Shown: positions 20,801 through 29,716, counted from the stretch's first letter. The stretch is 64,000 nt of DNA from an uncultured delta proteobacterium (GCA_963841435.1 CAWJCS010000002.1:352001-416000), one strand, 5' to 3'. Made by a program: numbers and translations. The notes: a model not told the origin generated them from the letters alone.

Positions 20801-21184
20801 GCGAGTGCCAGCGATTGCCAGAGCGGTCTTTTTTGCGTCGGCGGTTCGTGCGAGCTGCCACCCGGTGGCTCGGTCAATCCCGTCTTCACGGAGCTCGTCT
20901 TCGACACCGACTGGGGCAGTGGCTACTGCGCACGGCTGAGCGTGACCAACGACTCGGCGGCCACGGCGACCGGTTTCACCGTAACGCTCGCGATGAACGG
21001 CGCCACCATCTACACGTCGTGGAACGCCACCTTCAGCGGCGGTAGCATGGTGACGGTCACACCCTTCGCGTCGCACGCGACGCTGACGCCCGGCGAGAAC
21101 GACAGCTCGATCGGCTTTTGCGCCAATCGAGCCGTACCGGGAGTCGGCTCGCCGAGCGTCGTGAGCACCACCGCGACGTTCTAG
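17801..21184 (+). CDS. Reprolysin-like (M12B) zinc metalloprotease lipoprotein with HYR, RTX Ca-binding, Cys-rich and CBM2-like modules
   Basis: Lipobox LVGC; HEMGHQFGGNH, Met-turn TIMAY; two DTxxP...GxTxVTWTATDxSGN repeats; GGxGND nonapeptides; DWGSGYCA...WNATF...GFCA. Confidence 0.9.
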   Translation: MSFRMDRANRVGRVWSLRALLFALAALACGTSLVGCSSKDSSDAPVIESKEGELWTDLGVTDQKYSERSPANSRTFRADTARLLRVLDAAEKDVSEKGTVVLELPFPDGTVENVLVKVAPLLSPELAEQYPEFQTFIASGLDDATASGRLDHTTAGFHGMLITERGTLYVDPAGGDDPSLYVSYWKPTGSQFDCHNDAERELDGGFSTRAFPINHPSGAQLSTYRLAVSATGEYTTFFGGAAGAAAQITTTINRVTGIYERDLAIRLQLVATNIYTDAATDPFTGDNVSVMRGENQTDLDAVVGSSNYDIGHIFSQGGSGGIASLATVCGGQKAWGATSLGNPSGDAFDVNFAAHEMGHQFGGNHTWVACVPSQFVASAAYEVGSGTTIMAYAGVCSPSDIQPHSDDYFHVKNFEEITDFRDGAGACGVVSATGNTPPTVEAGPNCTIPRSTPFTLTAQGDDADGDALTFTWEQYDLGGQQAFPQSTDVTGPLFRSRPPSTSPSRTFPQLADLLSGAPTTWEVLPSVDRTMSFRVTARDNRANGGGADYDSMSVTVSGSPFTITAPSSTLECGGTANVTWQVGGGSIAPNVNVQLSSDGGATFANVLAGTANDGAASISVPVGLSGGQTRIRLVPSAECFFALSGPLSITDTADPTVTAPPDIPDAECTAGGTAVAVGSATATDQCDSSLSITNDAPALFPLGPTTVTWTATDDSGNDDTDTQLVTVVDTTPPAFTAVPGDITTTTCGSFSIGTATATDGCDTSVTVTNDRPAQFPPGTTIVTWTATDASGNVATATQSVTVILGDNPACCPAGTNIIQGNSNNNVLNGTNGSDCILGKGAQDTINGNGGNDYISGGDGNDVINGGGGNDVIFAGSGQDIVNGNDGADYLDGGDGDDTVYGGAGNDTLHGGQGQDSLQGQDGDDALFGDSGDDNLQGGNGNDALVGGTNNDHCNGGAGANTIAQCEFGAPNACIDDVQNGTETGIDCGGACPHCPEGGGCASASDCQSGLFCVGGSCELPPGGSVNPVFTELVFDTDWGSGYCARLSVTNDSAATATGFTVTLAMNGATIYTSWNATFSGGSMVTVTPFASHATLTPGENDSSIGFCANRAVPGVGSPSVVSTTATF

Positions 21185-21192
21185 GCGGAGCG

Positions 21193-21792
21193 ATGAGCGC
21201 GCGCGGGGTTCGCTCGATGGCGGTCCCCGCGCGCGCGCGCTTTTGGTGCTCGGCGCGCGGCGGGGCGGGAGCGCTCTCTTTTTTGCTCGCCGCGCTGCAT
21301 TGGTCGTTCGGCTGTCGTCACGAAGCGGAGCCACCCGCCACGACGGCAGCCTCGAGCCCGGTGACGGCGCAAGAAGCGCCGCCCAGCGTGACCGCACCCC
21401 ACGCGCCGGCGGGCCCCGCCACGGGCCTCGACGCTGGTCGCGCTCCCACTGCGGCGAGCGTCACTCTGCCGACGGCGGCGCCGAGCTCACCTGAGCCCGA
21501 CGAGCGCTGCCCGCAAAGCCTCGCCGAGGCGCAAACATGTCGGAGCGTGGGAAAGACGTGCGGCGTGGGTGGCGCCTGCTGTGTTTGCGAGGTGACGCCG
21601 GCGTGTGGCCCGGCGCCACTCTGGTCCTGCGTGACGCCTTCGACCGACGTCGAGTGCGGCTCCGGTCCGGCCGAGCCCAAGAGCGAGTGCGGGGCGGATC
21701 GGCGCTGCGCGTATTGCGTGGGAAAGCGCCCCGCCGTGCGGGAGTGCGCGCGTGGGCACTGGTATGCCGTCCCCGCGCGTTCCTGCCGCTGA
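21193..21792 (+). CDS. Probable lipoprotein with Pro/Ala/Thr linker and C-terminal 14-Cys domain (paralogue B)
   Basis: Hydrophobic signal ending SFGC; Cys spacing matches 16836..17528. Confidence 0.75.
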   Translation: MSARGVRSMAVPARARFWCSARGGAGALSFLLAALHWSFGCRHEAEPPATTAASSPVTAQEAPPSVTAPHAPAGPATGLDAGRAPTAASVTLPTAAPSSPEPDERCPQSLAEAQTCRSVGKTCGVGGACCVCEVTPACGPAPLWSCVTPSTDVECGSGPAEPKSECGADRRCAYCVGKRPAVRECARGHWYAVPARSCR

Positions 21793-21866
21793 CGAGCGCC
21801 TGCGCGGGGCGACCTGCTGCTTACATTTGCGTGCTGGGCTCGTCTAGTGGATCGATCCCAACGACC

Positions 21867-22685
21867 ATGAAGCCTCCAAGCCGACCCGGCGGCGCCCGCG
21901 CCGCGGATGAGCGTGTGTTCGGGCGCCTACGCGCGCGTGTTCGACGCCTCGCGTCGCGCGCACGCCCCAAAGGGTGGCTCTCCTTCATCGGCCGGCACGA
22001 GCTCGGCTCGATCCTGGCGTTTTGTGCGCTCGCGGCCAGTGCCCTGGTGTTCGTGAAGGTGGCGTCGGAGGTAAGCGAGGGCGAGCTCCAAGACATCGAT
22101 CGAGGGCTGCTGCTGCTCCTACGCAACCCGGCGAACATCGCCGATCCGATCGGTCCGGCGTGGGTGGAGGAGATGGGCAGGGACTTTTCTGCGCTCGGCG
22201 GCGTCGGCGTGCTGACGCTCGCGACCTTGGCGGTCGTCGGCTATTTGGCCGTGCTCGGTCGCCCGCGCACGGCTGCCTTCGTCGCTTCCGCGGTGTCGGG
22301 CGGCGCGCTGCTCGCGGCCCTGTTGAAGACCGCGTTCGGCCGACCGCGGCCGACGGTCGTGCCACACCTGTCGCACGTCGCGTCGTCGAGCTTTCCGAGC
22401 GGACACTCTATGCTCGCCGCAGCCGTGTACCTTTCTCTCGGTGGCCTGTTGGCTCGCCTGGAGGAGCGCCCGATACTTCGCGCATACGTCTTGCTCTGGG
22501 CCCTTGGCCTCGTCACTCTCGTCGGAGTGAGCCGCGTCTACCTCGGGGTCCATTGGCCCACGGACGTGCTCGCCGGGTGGGCCGCGGGCGCTGCCTGGGG
22601 GGCGCTCTGCTGGCTTCTCGCAAAGTGGCTTCAGCGCCGAGGTCACCTCGAAGGGACCTCGGACAGGAAGCGGGGTCCTGACTAA
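21867..22685 (+). CDS. PAP2-family membrane phosphatase
   Basis: KTAFGRPRP, SFPSGH, SRVYLGVHWPTDV. Confidence 0.92.
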   Translation: MKPPSRPGGARAADERVFGRLRARVRRLASRARPKGWLSFIGRHELGSILAFCALAASALVFVKVASEVSEGELQDIDRGLLLLLRNPANIADPIGPAWVEEMGRDFSALGGVGVLTLATLAVVGYLAVLGRPRTAAFVASAVSGGALLAALLKTAFGRPRPTVVPHLSHVASSSFPSGHSMLAAAVYLSLGGLLARLEERPILRAYVLLWALGLVTLVGVSRVYLGVHWPTDVLAGWAAGAAWGALCWLLAKWLQRRGHLEGTSDRKRGPD

Positions 22686-22853
22686 ACGGCTTTGCGCAAG
22701 AGGCACGAGCCGCGGCGGCAGCGGGTCGCGGCGGCCCGGCAACGTCGGGGGAAGCCGGCGCGGCCGGAGCGATGGGTGGAGCCGCAGGATCGAGCGCGAC
22801 TGCGGGAACTGGTGGCGTTGCCGCGGCATCGCGGAGTGTGCTCAAATGCCCCG

Positions 22854-24230
22854 ATGGCGGCGCCGCCCCGGTGGCTGATCCTCGGCCTTGCGGTCGCGCT
22901 CTCGGCTTGCAAGGGCGCTTCAAAGCAACACGAGCGAGCTTCCGCGAGCCCGCCCGCACGGACGGTTGCAAGCGCGTCTGCTCGAGCCGCAGCGAGCGCC
23001 AGCACCCCCGTGCCCACGGCGCCGTCGCCCGCCGAGCGACCACCCGAGCCGTTGAACGTGCTGCTCGTCAGCATCGACAGCTTGCGGGCGGACGTCCCCT
23101 GGCTCGGCTACGGGCGGCCGATCGCGCCGAATCTCACGCGGCTCGCGGCGGATTCAGTCGTCTATACACGCGCTTACTCGGCCTCGAGCTACACGGCGAA
23201 GAGCGTCGCGACGATGCTGAGCGGGCGCTACGCGTCGACACTCTACCGCGACGGGCGGTTCTTCGCGCGCTACGCCGCTTCGAACCATTTTCTCGCCGAG
23301 GTGCTCGGTGAGCACGGGGTTCGGAGCGTCGGCTGGCAAGGGCATTTCTACTTCGACCACCGAAGCGGGTTCGAGCAGGGCTTTTCGGAGTGGAGGCTCG
23401 TTCCGGGTATCACTTTCGATCCGGAGACGAGCAACGACGTGACGAGCGACAAGATGACGGCGCTCGGCATCGAGCTCCTGTCCAAGCCCGAAAACACGGG
23501 CGGGCGCTTCTTTGCCTGGGCGCACTACATGGATCCGCACGATCAGTACCTCGCGCACCCGGAGGCGCCGAAGTTCGGCAAGAAGGCGCGCGATCGCTAC
23601 GACGCGGAGATCTGGTTCACGGACCTGTGGATCGAGAAGCTGCTCGAATTCGCGCGCGCGCAGCCATGGTGGTCGAGGACGGCGCTCATCGTGACGGCGG
23701 ATCACGGCGAGGCTTTCGGGGAGCACGGTATGTACAAGCACGCCTTCGAGCTCTGGGAGGTGCTCGTCCGGGTGCCGCTTCTGATTTACGGCCCGGGCAT
23801 CGAGGCGCGCCGCATCGACGAGCGCCGCTCCCACATCGATCTCGCGCCCACGATTCTCGAGCTGATGGGCGTCCCGGTGCCACCGGAGTTTCAGGGCTCG
23901 TCACTCGCTCCCGAGCTGTACGGCGCCGCACCGGTTTCGCGCGAGCCCATCCTGTGCGAGCTCGCCGAGGACACGCACAATCCACCGCGGCGAGCGCTCA
24001 TCGATGGCGCGCTGAAGCTCATCGACTTCGGCCGCGACCACTTCGAGCTCTACGACCTCGACGCCGACCCGCGCGAGCTTCACGACTTGGCCTCGAATCA
24101 CCCGGCGGAGCTCGCTCGGATGAAGCGGGAGCTGCTGGAAAGATACGAGCGACTCCCCACGGTCGCGCCGTTCGGCGGGCTCAAGCTCCACGACGGCAGC
24201 CGCGCGAACGGGCCCCGCGGGCCCGGCTGA
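22854..24230 (+). CDS. Sulfatase-like (alkaline phosphatase superfamily) lipoprotein
   Basis: LSAC lipobox, NVLLVSIDSLRAD, HYMDPH, TADHGE, VRVPL, ELYDLDADPRE; YTAKS in place of canonical C/SxPxR. Confidence 0.85.
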   Translation: MAAPPRWLILGLAVALSACKGASKQHERASASPPARTVASASARAAASASTPVPTAPSPAERPPEPLNVLLVSIDSLRADVPWLGYGRPIAPNLTRLAADSVVYTRAYSASSYTAKSVATMLSGRYASTLYRDGRFFARYAASNHFLAEVLGEHGVRSVGWQGHFYFDHRSGFEQGFSEWRLVPGITFDPETSNDVTSDKMTALGIELLSKPENTGGRFFAWAHYMDPHDQYLAHPEAPKFGKKARDRYDAEIWFTDLWIEKLLEFARAQPWWSRTALIVTADHGEAFGEHGMYKHAFELWEVLVRVPLLIYGPGIEARRIDERRSHIDLAPTILELMGVPVPPEFQGSSLAPELYGAAPVSREPILCELAEDTHNPPRRALIDGALKLIDFGRDHFELYDLDADPRELHDLASNHPAELARMKRELLERYERLPTVAPFGGLKLHDGSRANGPRGPG

Positions 24231-24261
24231 AGGAAGCGCCGCGGAAATCCCGCTGGGGACG

Positions 24262-25344
24262 ATGTTCGGTTGCGAGACCGCAGCGCTGCGGCTAACGCGA
24301 AGGGGCGTGAGGGCCCGGACGTGCGTCTTCGTTCTTGCTGGGCTCGGCGTGGTGCCGTCCGCTCGGGCCGAGCCCGCGCAGCGCGATTTTGCCTACGAGT
24401 ACCGCGCGCCCGCGGAGTGCCCGGAGGCGAGTGCCTTCGAGCAGGCCGTGCTGTCGCGGCTGCCGGCCGCGCGCGTCGTCCCGCGCGACGACGCGACGCT
24501 GGTCTTCGATGTCGAGCTCGCGTCCGGGCACGACGACTTCTCGGGCGTGCTCGTCATCGGGCTCCGCGACGGGACGCGAGTTCGGCGCGACGTGCTCGGG
24601 GGCTCGTGCGCCGAGGCCCTCTCCGCCCTTGCCGTGATCGCGGCGCTTTCTCTCGACGGCTACCGCCGCGAGCCCACGCCGCCCGAGGCACCCAACGTGG
24701 AGCCGCCGAGCAATCCCGCTCCCGCACCGCCGGCTCGAGCGCCGCGCGCCGTGCCGCGCGATCGCGAGCCCCCGCCGGTGGCCGCGCGACGGCGCGCGTC
24801 GGTCACGCCCGGACTCTTCGTGGCGGCGAGCTGGGAAAGCGCCGTGGCTCCGACCGCGCCGCTTGGCGTGCTCGGCGGTTTCGATGTCGAGCTCTCGCCG
24901 AGGGGCGTCCTCCAACCGTCGCTCCGGCTCGGCCTGCTCGGTACCGCCGCGGCCACCGAGACCGCGGGCACGGCGAGCGCGGACTTTCAGCTCGTGACGG
25001 GCCGTCTCACCGCGTGCGTCCTCGGTGTCGGGCACGTGAGCCTTTCCGCGCGCGGCTGCGTCGATCTCGACGCGGGCACGCTGAGGGCCAGGGGCTCCGT
25101 CGAAGGTGGAGCGACTCAGACGATGCCGTGGCTGGCGGCCGGGCCTTCCGCGCGTGGCGCGTTCGCGCTGACGCGCTGGCTCGCGCTCGAAGCGACCGCC
25201 GGCCTCCGGCTGCTCGCACGCAGCGATCGCTTCGTGTTCCGGCACCCGGCTCCCGACGGCATGAGCCTGCCAAGCACCGTCGTCCACGACGTGTCCGCCA
25301 TCTCGTTCGGGCTCGGCCTCGGGCTCGCCGCGCAGCTGCGTTGA
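24262..25344 (+). CDS. Exported/outer-membrane hypothetical protein of a myxobacterial ECF cassette; start uncertain
   Basis: Signal peptide ARA-E, APAECP...SCAEALSALAVIAAL, Pro linker, amphipathic beta-strand C-terminus. Confidence 0.65.
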   Translation: MFGCETAALRLTRRGVRARTCVFVLAGLGVVPSARAEPAQRDFAYEYRAPAECPEASAFEQAVLSRLPAARVVPRDDATLVFDVELASGHDDFSGVLVIGLRDGTRVRRDVLGGSCAEALSALAVIAALSLDGYRREPTPPEAPNVEPPSNPAPAPPARAPRAVPRDREPPPVAARRRASVTPGLFVAASWESAVAPTAPLGVLGGFDVELSPRGVLQPSLRLGLLGTAAATETAGTASADFQLVTGRLTACVLGVGHVSLSARGCVDLDAGTLRARGSVEGGATQTMPWLAAGPSARGAFALTRWLALEATAGLRLLARSDRFVFRHPAPDGMSLPSTVVHDVSAISFGLGLGLAAQLR

Positions 25345-25484
25345 GCTGCCAAAAACGGGTGTTGGGGGTTCGAGGCGACCGCTGGTGCACGACATTTTGC
25401 GCAATCAATTCATGCCGTTCCACCCTGGGGATCGACGCGGTCGCCCGGCGACATGGGAGGATCAGCCCGGACGTTTCCCCGCTG

Positions 25485-26078
25485 ATGACGATGAGTAGCG
25501 CACGACCCACGCTCGGCATCCCGCAGGCGCTGGCCGAACGCGGCCTTCCCGAGCGCAGTGCGACCGAGGACGCGCGCGTGCGCGCCGCGTTCGAAGGACA
25601 CTTCGAGCTCGTGTGGCGCTCGCTCCGGCGCTTCGGCGTACCCGCTGGAACGGCGGACGATGCGGCGCAGCACGTCTTTCTGACGCTCGCCGATCGGCTC
25701 GGCAACGTCGAGGTCGGTCGCGAGCGCGCATTTTTGGTCGCAACGGCTGTGCGCGTCGCCGCGAACGTGCGACGCCGTTTCGAGCGGGCGCGCGAGGACG
25801 CTTTCGACGAGCTCGAGCCCCTCGCGGATCCGTGCGCGTCGCCCGAAACCCTGCTCGAAGAGAAGGACCGGCGGCTCGCGCTCGATCGAGCGCTCGCGGC
25901 GCTGCCGCTCGAGCAGCGCGCCGTGTTCGTGCTCTACGAGCTCGAAGGATTCACGTTGCCCGAGATCGCCGAGAGCCTCGCGATCCCACTCGGCACCGCG
26001 ACATCGCGATTGCGGCGCGCCCGTGATCGCTTCGAAGCCTGGGCCCTCGCCCAGGGCGGCAAAGGAACGTCACCGTGA
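25485..26078 (+). CDS. ECF sigma-70 factor
   Basis: HFELVWRSLRRFGV...ADDAAQHVF (region 2); LPLEQRAVFVLYELEG...EIAESLAIPLGTATSRLRRAR (region 4). Confidence 0.92.
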   Translation: MTMSSARPTLGIPQALAERGLPERSATEDARVRAAFEGHFELVWRSLRRFGVPAGTADDAAQHVFLTLADRLGNVEVGRERAFLVATAVRVAANVRRRFERAREDAFDELEPLADPCASPETLLEEKDRRLALDRALAALPLEQRAVFVLYELEGFTLPEIAESLAIPLGTATSRLRRARDRFEAWALAQGGKGTSP

Positions 26079-27010
26079 GCGAATTCCCCCGACTTCTCGA
26101 TGCGAGCCCGAACCCGCTGACGCGCGAGCTCTTGCGCTCCGGGCTCGGCGAGCGCCCTTCGTCGATCGCGGCTCGGCGCGCGGCCGTTTCGCTCGGGCTT
26201 TCGGCGGGGTTCGCGGCGAAGGCCGCGGGAGCCGCCGGAATCGGTGGTGCAGCCGTCGTGGGCGGAGGTGTCGCGGGCCCGACCGGCGCGGCGATTGGCG
26301 CGACCGTGCTCGTGAAGTGGTTCGCGCTCGGCGCCATGGCCGGCGCGCTCGTCGCGACGGGGTCGAGCCTGGTCGTGCGCGCGAACGAGGGTGGGGCGTC
26401 GCACGCGCGCGCGAACGTGGGCGAAGTGGCGGGCCCCAACGAGACGGCGCCGCCCGCCGACGAGACGGCGCCGCCCGCCGACGAGACGGCGCCGCCCGCC
26501 GACGAGACGGCGCCGCCCGCCGACGAGACGGCGCCGCCCGTCGCGAACGATGCGAACGCTTCGCCCGGAGCCGCTCCGCTTCCGCCGGGCGCGCTCGCTG
26601 ACGCAAAGGCAAGCGTCGCCCGTGGAACGGCTCGGCACGGCGCGGTGGGCGCCGAGCCCCAGCGACCGCCTCAAAATCCTCCCGCCTCTGCTGCCGCTTC
26701 GCCCGGCATGCCCGCTGTGGCTGGGTTTTCCGGGCCCAACGGAGCGCTCAGTCGCGAGCTCGAACCCATCGATCGCGCGCGTGCGGCGCTGGCGCGCGGT
26801 GCGGCGCCCGCGGTGCTCGCCGAGCTGTCGCGCTACGCAGCCGTCCGCGAGACGGGCACCTTCGATCGCGAAGCGCTGCTCCTGCGCATCGAGGCGCTGA
26901 CCTTGCTCGGCGAACGCGCTCAGGCGGCCGAGCTCGCGCGCGGCTACCTCGCGCGTTACCCCAAGGACGCCCACAGTGCGCGGCTCCGCGAGCTCGGTGG
27001 ATCCAACTGA
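26075..27010 (+). CDS. Putative anti-sigma factor (TM segment, Pro/Ala linker, TPR-like C-terminus)
   Basis: GTGA overlap with sigma gene; IDRARAAL...EALLLRIEAL...YLARYP motif. Confidence 0.7.
   Translation: MSEFPRLLDASPNPLTRELLRSGLGERPSSIAARRAAVSLGLSAGFAAKAAGAAGIGGAAVVGGGVAGPTGAAIGATVLVKWFALGAMAGALVATGSSLVVRANEGGASHARANVGEVAGPNETAPPADETAPPADETAPPADETAPPADETAPPVANDANASPGAAPLPPGALADAKASVARGTARHGAVGAEPQRPPQNPPASAAASPGMPAVAGFSGPNGALSRELEPIDRARAALARGAAPAVLAELSRYAAVRETGTFDREALLLRIEALTLLGERAQAAELARGYLARYPKDAHSARLRELGGSN
26439..26540 (+). repeat. In-frame 21-bp tandem repeat ACGAGACGGCGCCGCCCGCCG, ~4.9 copies (ETAPPAD)
   Basis: Four identical units plus an 18-bp partial, read directly. Confidence 0.95.
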
Positions 27011-27065
27011 TGGGGATCGATCGCCCTAGGCACCCGACATGATCGAGGTGAGAGGACATCTTCAA

Positions 27066-27908
27066 ATGAGAAAGCTTCCAAGGGTGGCGTGGGTGGGTTC
27101 GGCGGTGCTCGTGTTCGCGGTGGGCTGCGAGGTCGAGCAGTCGCTCGGCGACGTGCCGATGGGGGGCGCGGCGGGCAAGGCCGTCGGCGGATCGGCCGGC
27201 AGCACGTCGCAGCCCGGCAAGGGCGGCAACGGAACGGGCGGAACGGCCGGCGCCGTGAGCGGGGGAAGCGGCGGCGCCGCTGCGGGAAGGAATGCGGGCG
27301 GCGCGGGCCCGGTTGCCGGCACCACGGGGCACGCCGGCTCAGGCCCGGCGGCGGGAAGCGGCGGAGCGATCAGCACGGGCGGGACCGGGGGCGTAGCCGG
27401 CGACGACGCGGGCGGCGATGGCGGTGAGGGCGGGGGCGACACTTGGTGCGTGGGGCCGGACAATCCGACCCTCGCCGATGCTCCGGGTTGTCCCTGCGAA
27501 CCGCAGCCGGGGGTCTGTGTCGCGATCGACAACGGCATCGCGCTGTCGCTCTGGGCTCTCGACTGCGTCAACGGCTATTGGGAGAGGGTCAACGGCGGTG
27601 CGTGCGGAGCGCTCGTGGGCAGGAGCTGCCTCGTCGGCGATCGCATCTACCACGACGGCGAGGCCGTCCCGGATCCGTACAGCACGTGCAACACGTGCCG
27701 CTGCGAGGCCGGTAAGGTGACGGGGTGCACCGAGATCGCATGTGACGCGCCGTGTGCCGAGGGCACGGAGCCGCAGGCACGCTGTCGCGAATGCGGGCAG
27801 GCCGGCGGCTGTACCATCATCGAAACGGGTTGCTTCGAGCCGTGCGACCAGACCTGCACGCTCGGTTTCTGCCTCGACGGGCTGTGCCAAGTCGGACCCT
27901 GCGACTAG
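27066..27908 (+). CDS. Gly-rich, Cys-rich lipoprotein with a pacifastin/VWC-like motif
   Basis: Lipobox AVGC; CLVGDRIY...CNTCRCEAGKVTGCTEIAC. Confidence 0.75.
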   Translation: MRKLPRVAWVGSAVLVFAVGCEVEQSLGDVPMGGAAGKAVGGSAGSTSQPGKGGNGTGGTAGAVSGGSGGAAAGRNAGGAGPVAGTTGHAGSGPAAGSGGAISTGGTGGVAGDDAGGDGGEGGGDTWCVGPDNPTLADAPGCPCEPQPGVCVAIDNGIALSLWALDCVNGYWERVNGGACGALVGRSCLVGDRIYHDGEAVPDPYSTCNTCRCEAGKVTGCTEIACDAPCAEGTEPQARCRECGQAGGCTIIETGCFEPCDQTCTLGFCLDGLCQVGPCD

Positions 27909-27990
27909 CGACGCGGCCCGCCGCCCTCGAGTCGTCGCGTCGTGGTTCGCGCCGCTTTTGACGTCGTTCAACCCCAGCGTGCGACAACCG

Positions 27991-28836
27991 TCAGTTTAGA
28001 TCGACGCTTTGGATGACGATGGCAAGATCGTGGAGCTCGCCTTCGGGCAGGTTCCAGTAGCCGTCGAGCTTTGCCGGCAGCGTGAGCCAACCGAACTGTT
28101 TCGGGTTCGAGCCTCTGAGGGCATAGCGCTCGAGCGCGGTCTTGCCGTCGCGGTTCTCGTGGTAGCGCGCCACCTCGACGCGGTTGAAGGCGCCGTCAGG
28201 GTGCAGAAACAGCTCGACAGAGGTGGAGAGCCCGCCGTCCGTGACGCGGTAGCGGACGCTCTCGGAGCCGGATTCCAGGAACCTCACACGTTCTTTCTCG
28301 AGCAAGAACGACGGCAGGAGACTGAGCTCCGCCGCACAGCGGGCGAACGCCGAGACGTCGAGCTCGTGTGAGTGGTCGTCGGCGATCGTCAGCAGCGACA
28401 GTGCCTTCACGCGCCGCGTGCCGTGGCCCTTCTCGTACGCATCGAGCGCGACGAGCGAAAGGCCCGGCGCGAGGCTGAGCTTGCCGTACCAAAAGAACGC
28501 GGGGGGCTCGACGCCGTAGGTGTACTCCCCTTGGATGGGCATGAACGGCCGCCTGGTGCCTGGGCGGAGGTTGCCGCCATGCAGCACGTGCGCGCTCCGG
28601 ACCCGCGGGTGACCGAGCGCGCCCGCCTTTCGCAGGTAGCGCGCGGCGGCCTCGGGCAGCGTGGCAAGATCGGCCTCCGTGACCAGCGCCGAATCGTGGC
28701 CTCCCGACGGGACGTGCTCGCGTGCGAGCGTTTCGAAGTCGTGGCGGCAGCGCCGGTCGATCAACACGAGGCCGGTCACGGTTAGCCCGACGACCGCCAG
28801 CGCGGTCAAGGCCCACATCTTCGCGCGGGGTTCCAT
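27991..28836 (-). CDS. DUF6544-like membrane-anchored protein
   Basis: N-terminal TM; DLATLPEAAARYLR, PPAFFWYG, DAYEKGHG, RCAAELSLLPS. Confidence 0.65.
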   Translation of the reverse strand: MEPRAKMWALTALAVVGLTVTGLVLIDRRCRHDFETLAREHVPSGGHDSALVTEADLATLPEAAARYLRKAGALGHPRVRSAHVLHGGNLRPGTRRPFMPIQGEYTYGVEPPAFFWYGKLSLAPGLSLVALDAYEKGHGTRRVKALSLLTIADDHSHELDVSAFARCAAELSLLPSFLLEKERVRFLESGSESVRYRVTDGGLSTSVELFLHPDGAFNRVEVARYHENRDGKTALERYALRGSNPKQFGWLTLPAKLDGYWNLPEGELHDLAIVIQSVDLN

Positions 28837-29179
28837 CTGCGGTCTTTAGCGCAATCCCTTCCGGGCTGCACAGGGCGTCGGTCCTTCGCGGCCGCGTTGG
28901 GCGCGGTCAACCCCTGCAAGGCGCGGCGCGCGCGAGGGCATTCGGTGAATGCAGCGAGTCGTTCGACCGGGCGAACGCGGGATGCGCCGGACGTGCTCTA
29001 AAACGCGCCCGTCGAGACAGACGCACTCAACGCAGGGACGGCGTCCATTTTCGGATTTTCTGGGCGTCGCTGGCCGACCTGTTGGCCTCGCGGCGAGCTG
29101 CGGCCGCTCGCTCGACCGCCGCCGCGACGACGGCCCGTGGCATCGCGAGCCCCACGTTTTTCACGCCGCCTCGCCTTGA

Positions 29180-29695
29180 AGGTGTTCACGCCGATCCGGA
29201 ACATCGACGCGGAGGTGCTCTGCTTCGTGTCCGTCTTCGAGCACGTCCGGAACCCACGCGAGCTCATGCGCGCGGCCGTCAACAATCCGAAAATCCGTTA
29301 CGTGTTCCTCGTTGGGCCCCTGGTGAGCCCGGCCCTTTTCATGTACCTGGGCTTCGACGACGTGTATCACCGCATGCTGAGCGGCGGACACACCCAGCTG
29401 TTCACGCCTCAATCGCTCGAGTGGCTAGAGTCCGAATTCTCGCTCGAGCGCATCGGCGAATGGTGGTTCAGCACGGATGCGCGCGTCGCGCGACGGAGCG
29501 GACCGCGAGCGCAAGATGATGGATTTCGCGAGAGCAATCCTGGTGCGGCTCGACCAGAAGAAGGTGAGCCCAAAGACACGCGCCACCTGGGAGAAGATGA
29601 TGTTCGAGTTTCTCGACGCGGCCCAGCTGGCGATCGATCGGAAGAAGCTTGCGTCGCAAGTGCACGTCGTGTTCCGGAAGCGCGCACCGGGGTAG
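29180..29695 (+). pseudogene. C-terminal remnant of a class I SAM-methyltransferase-like gene, frame broken near 29479-29515
   Basis: SVFEHVRNPRE, LSGGHTQLFT, IGEWWFSTD then MMDFARAILV...VHVVFRK in another frame; no SAM-binding N-terminus found. Confidence 0.5.
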
Positions 29696-29716
29696 CGCGA
29701 GCCTGGCTCGGCCGTT

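Noticed and set aside
19370-21397. Long antisense ORFs (also 39362..40888, 52739..54157 and others)
   Set aside because: Expected in high-GC coding DNA; no motifs and fully overlapping well-supported genes
26439-26540. Possible CRISPR array
   Set aside because: Contiguous in-frame 21-bp units with no spacers and no cas genes; a coding VNTR
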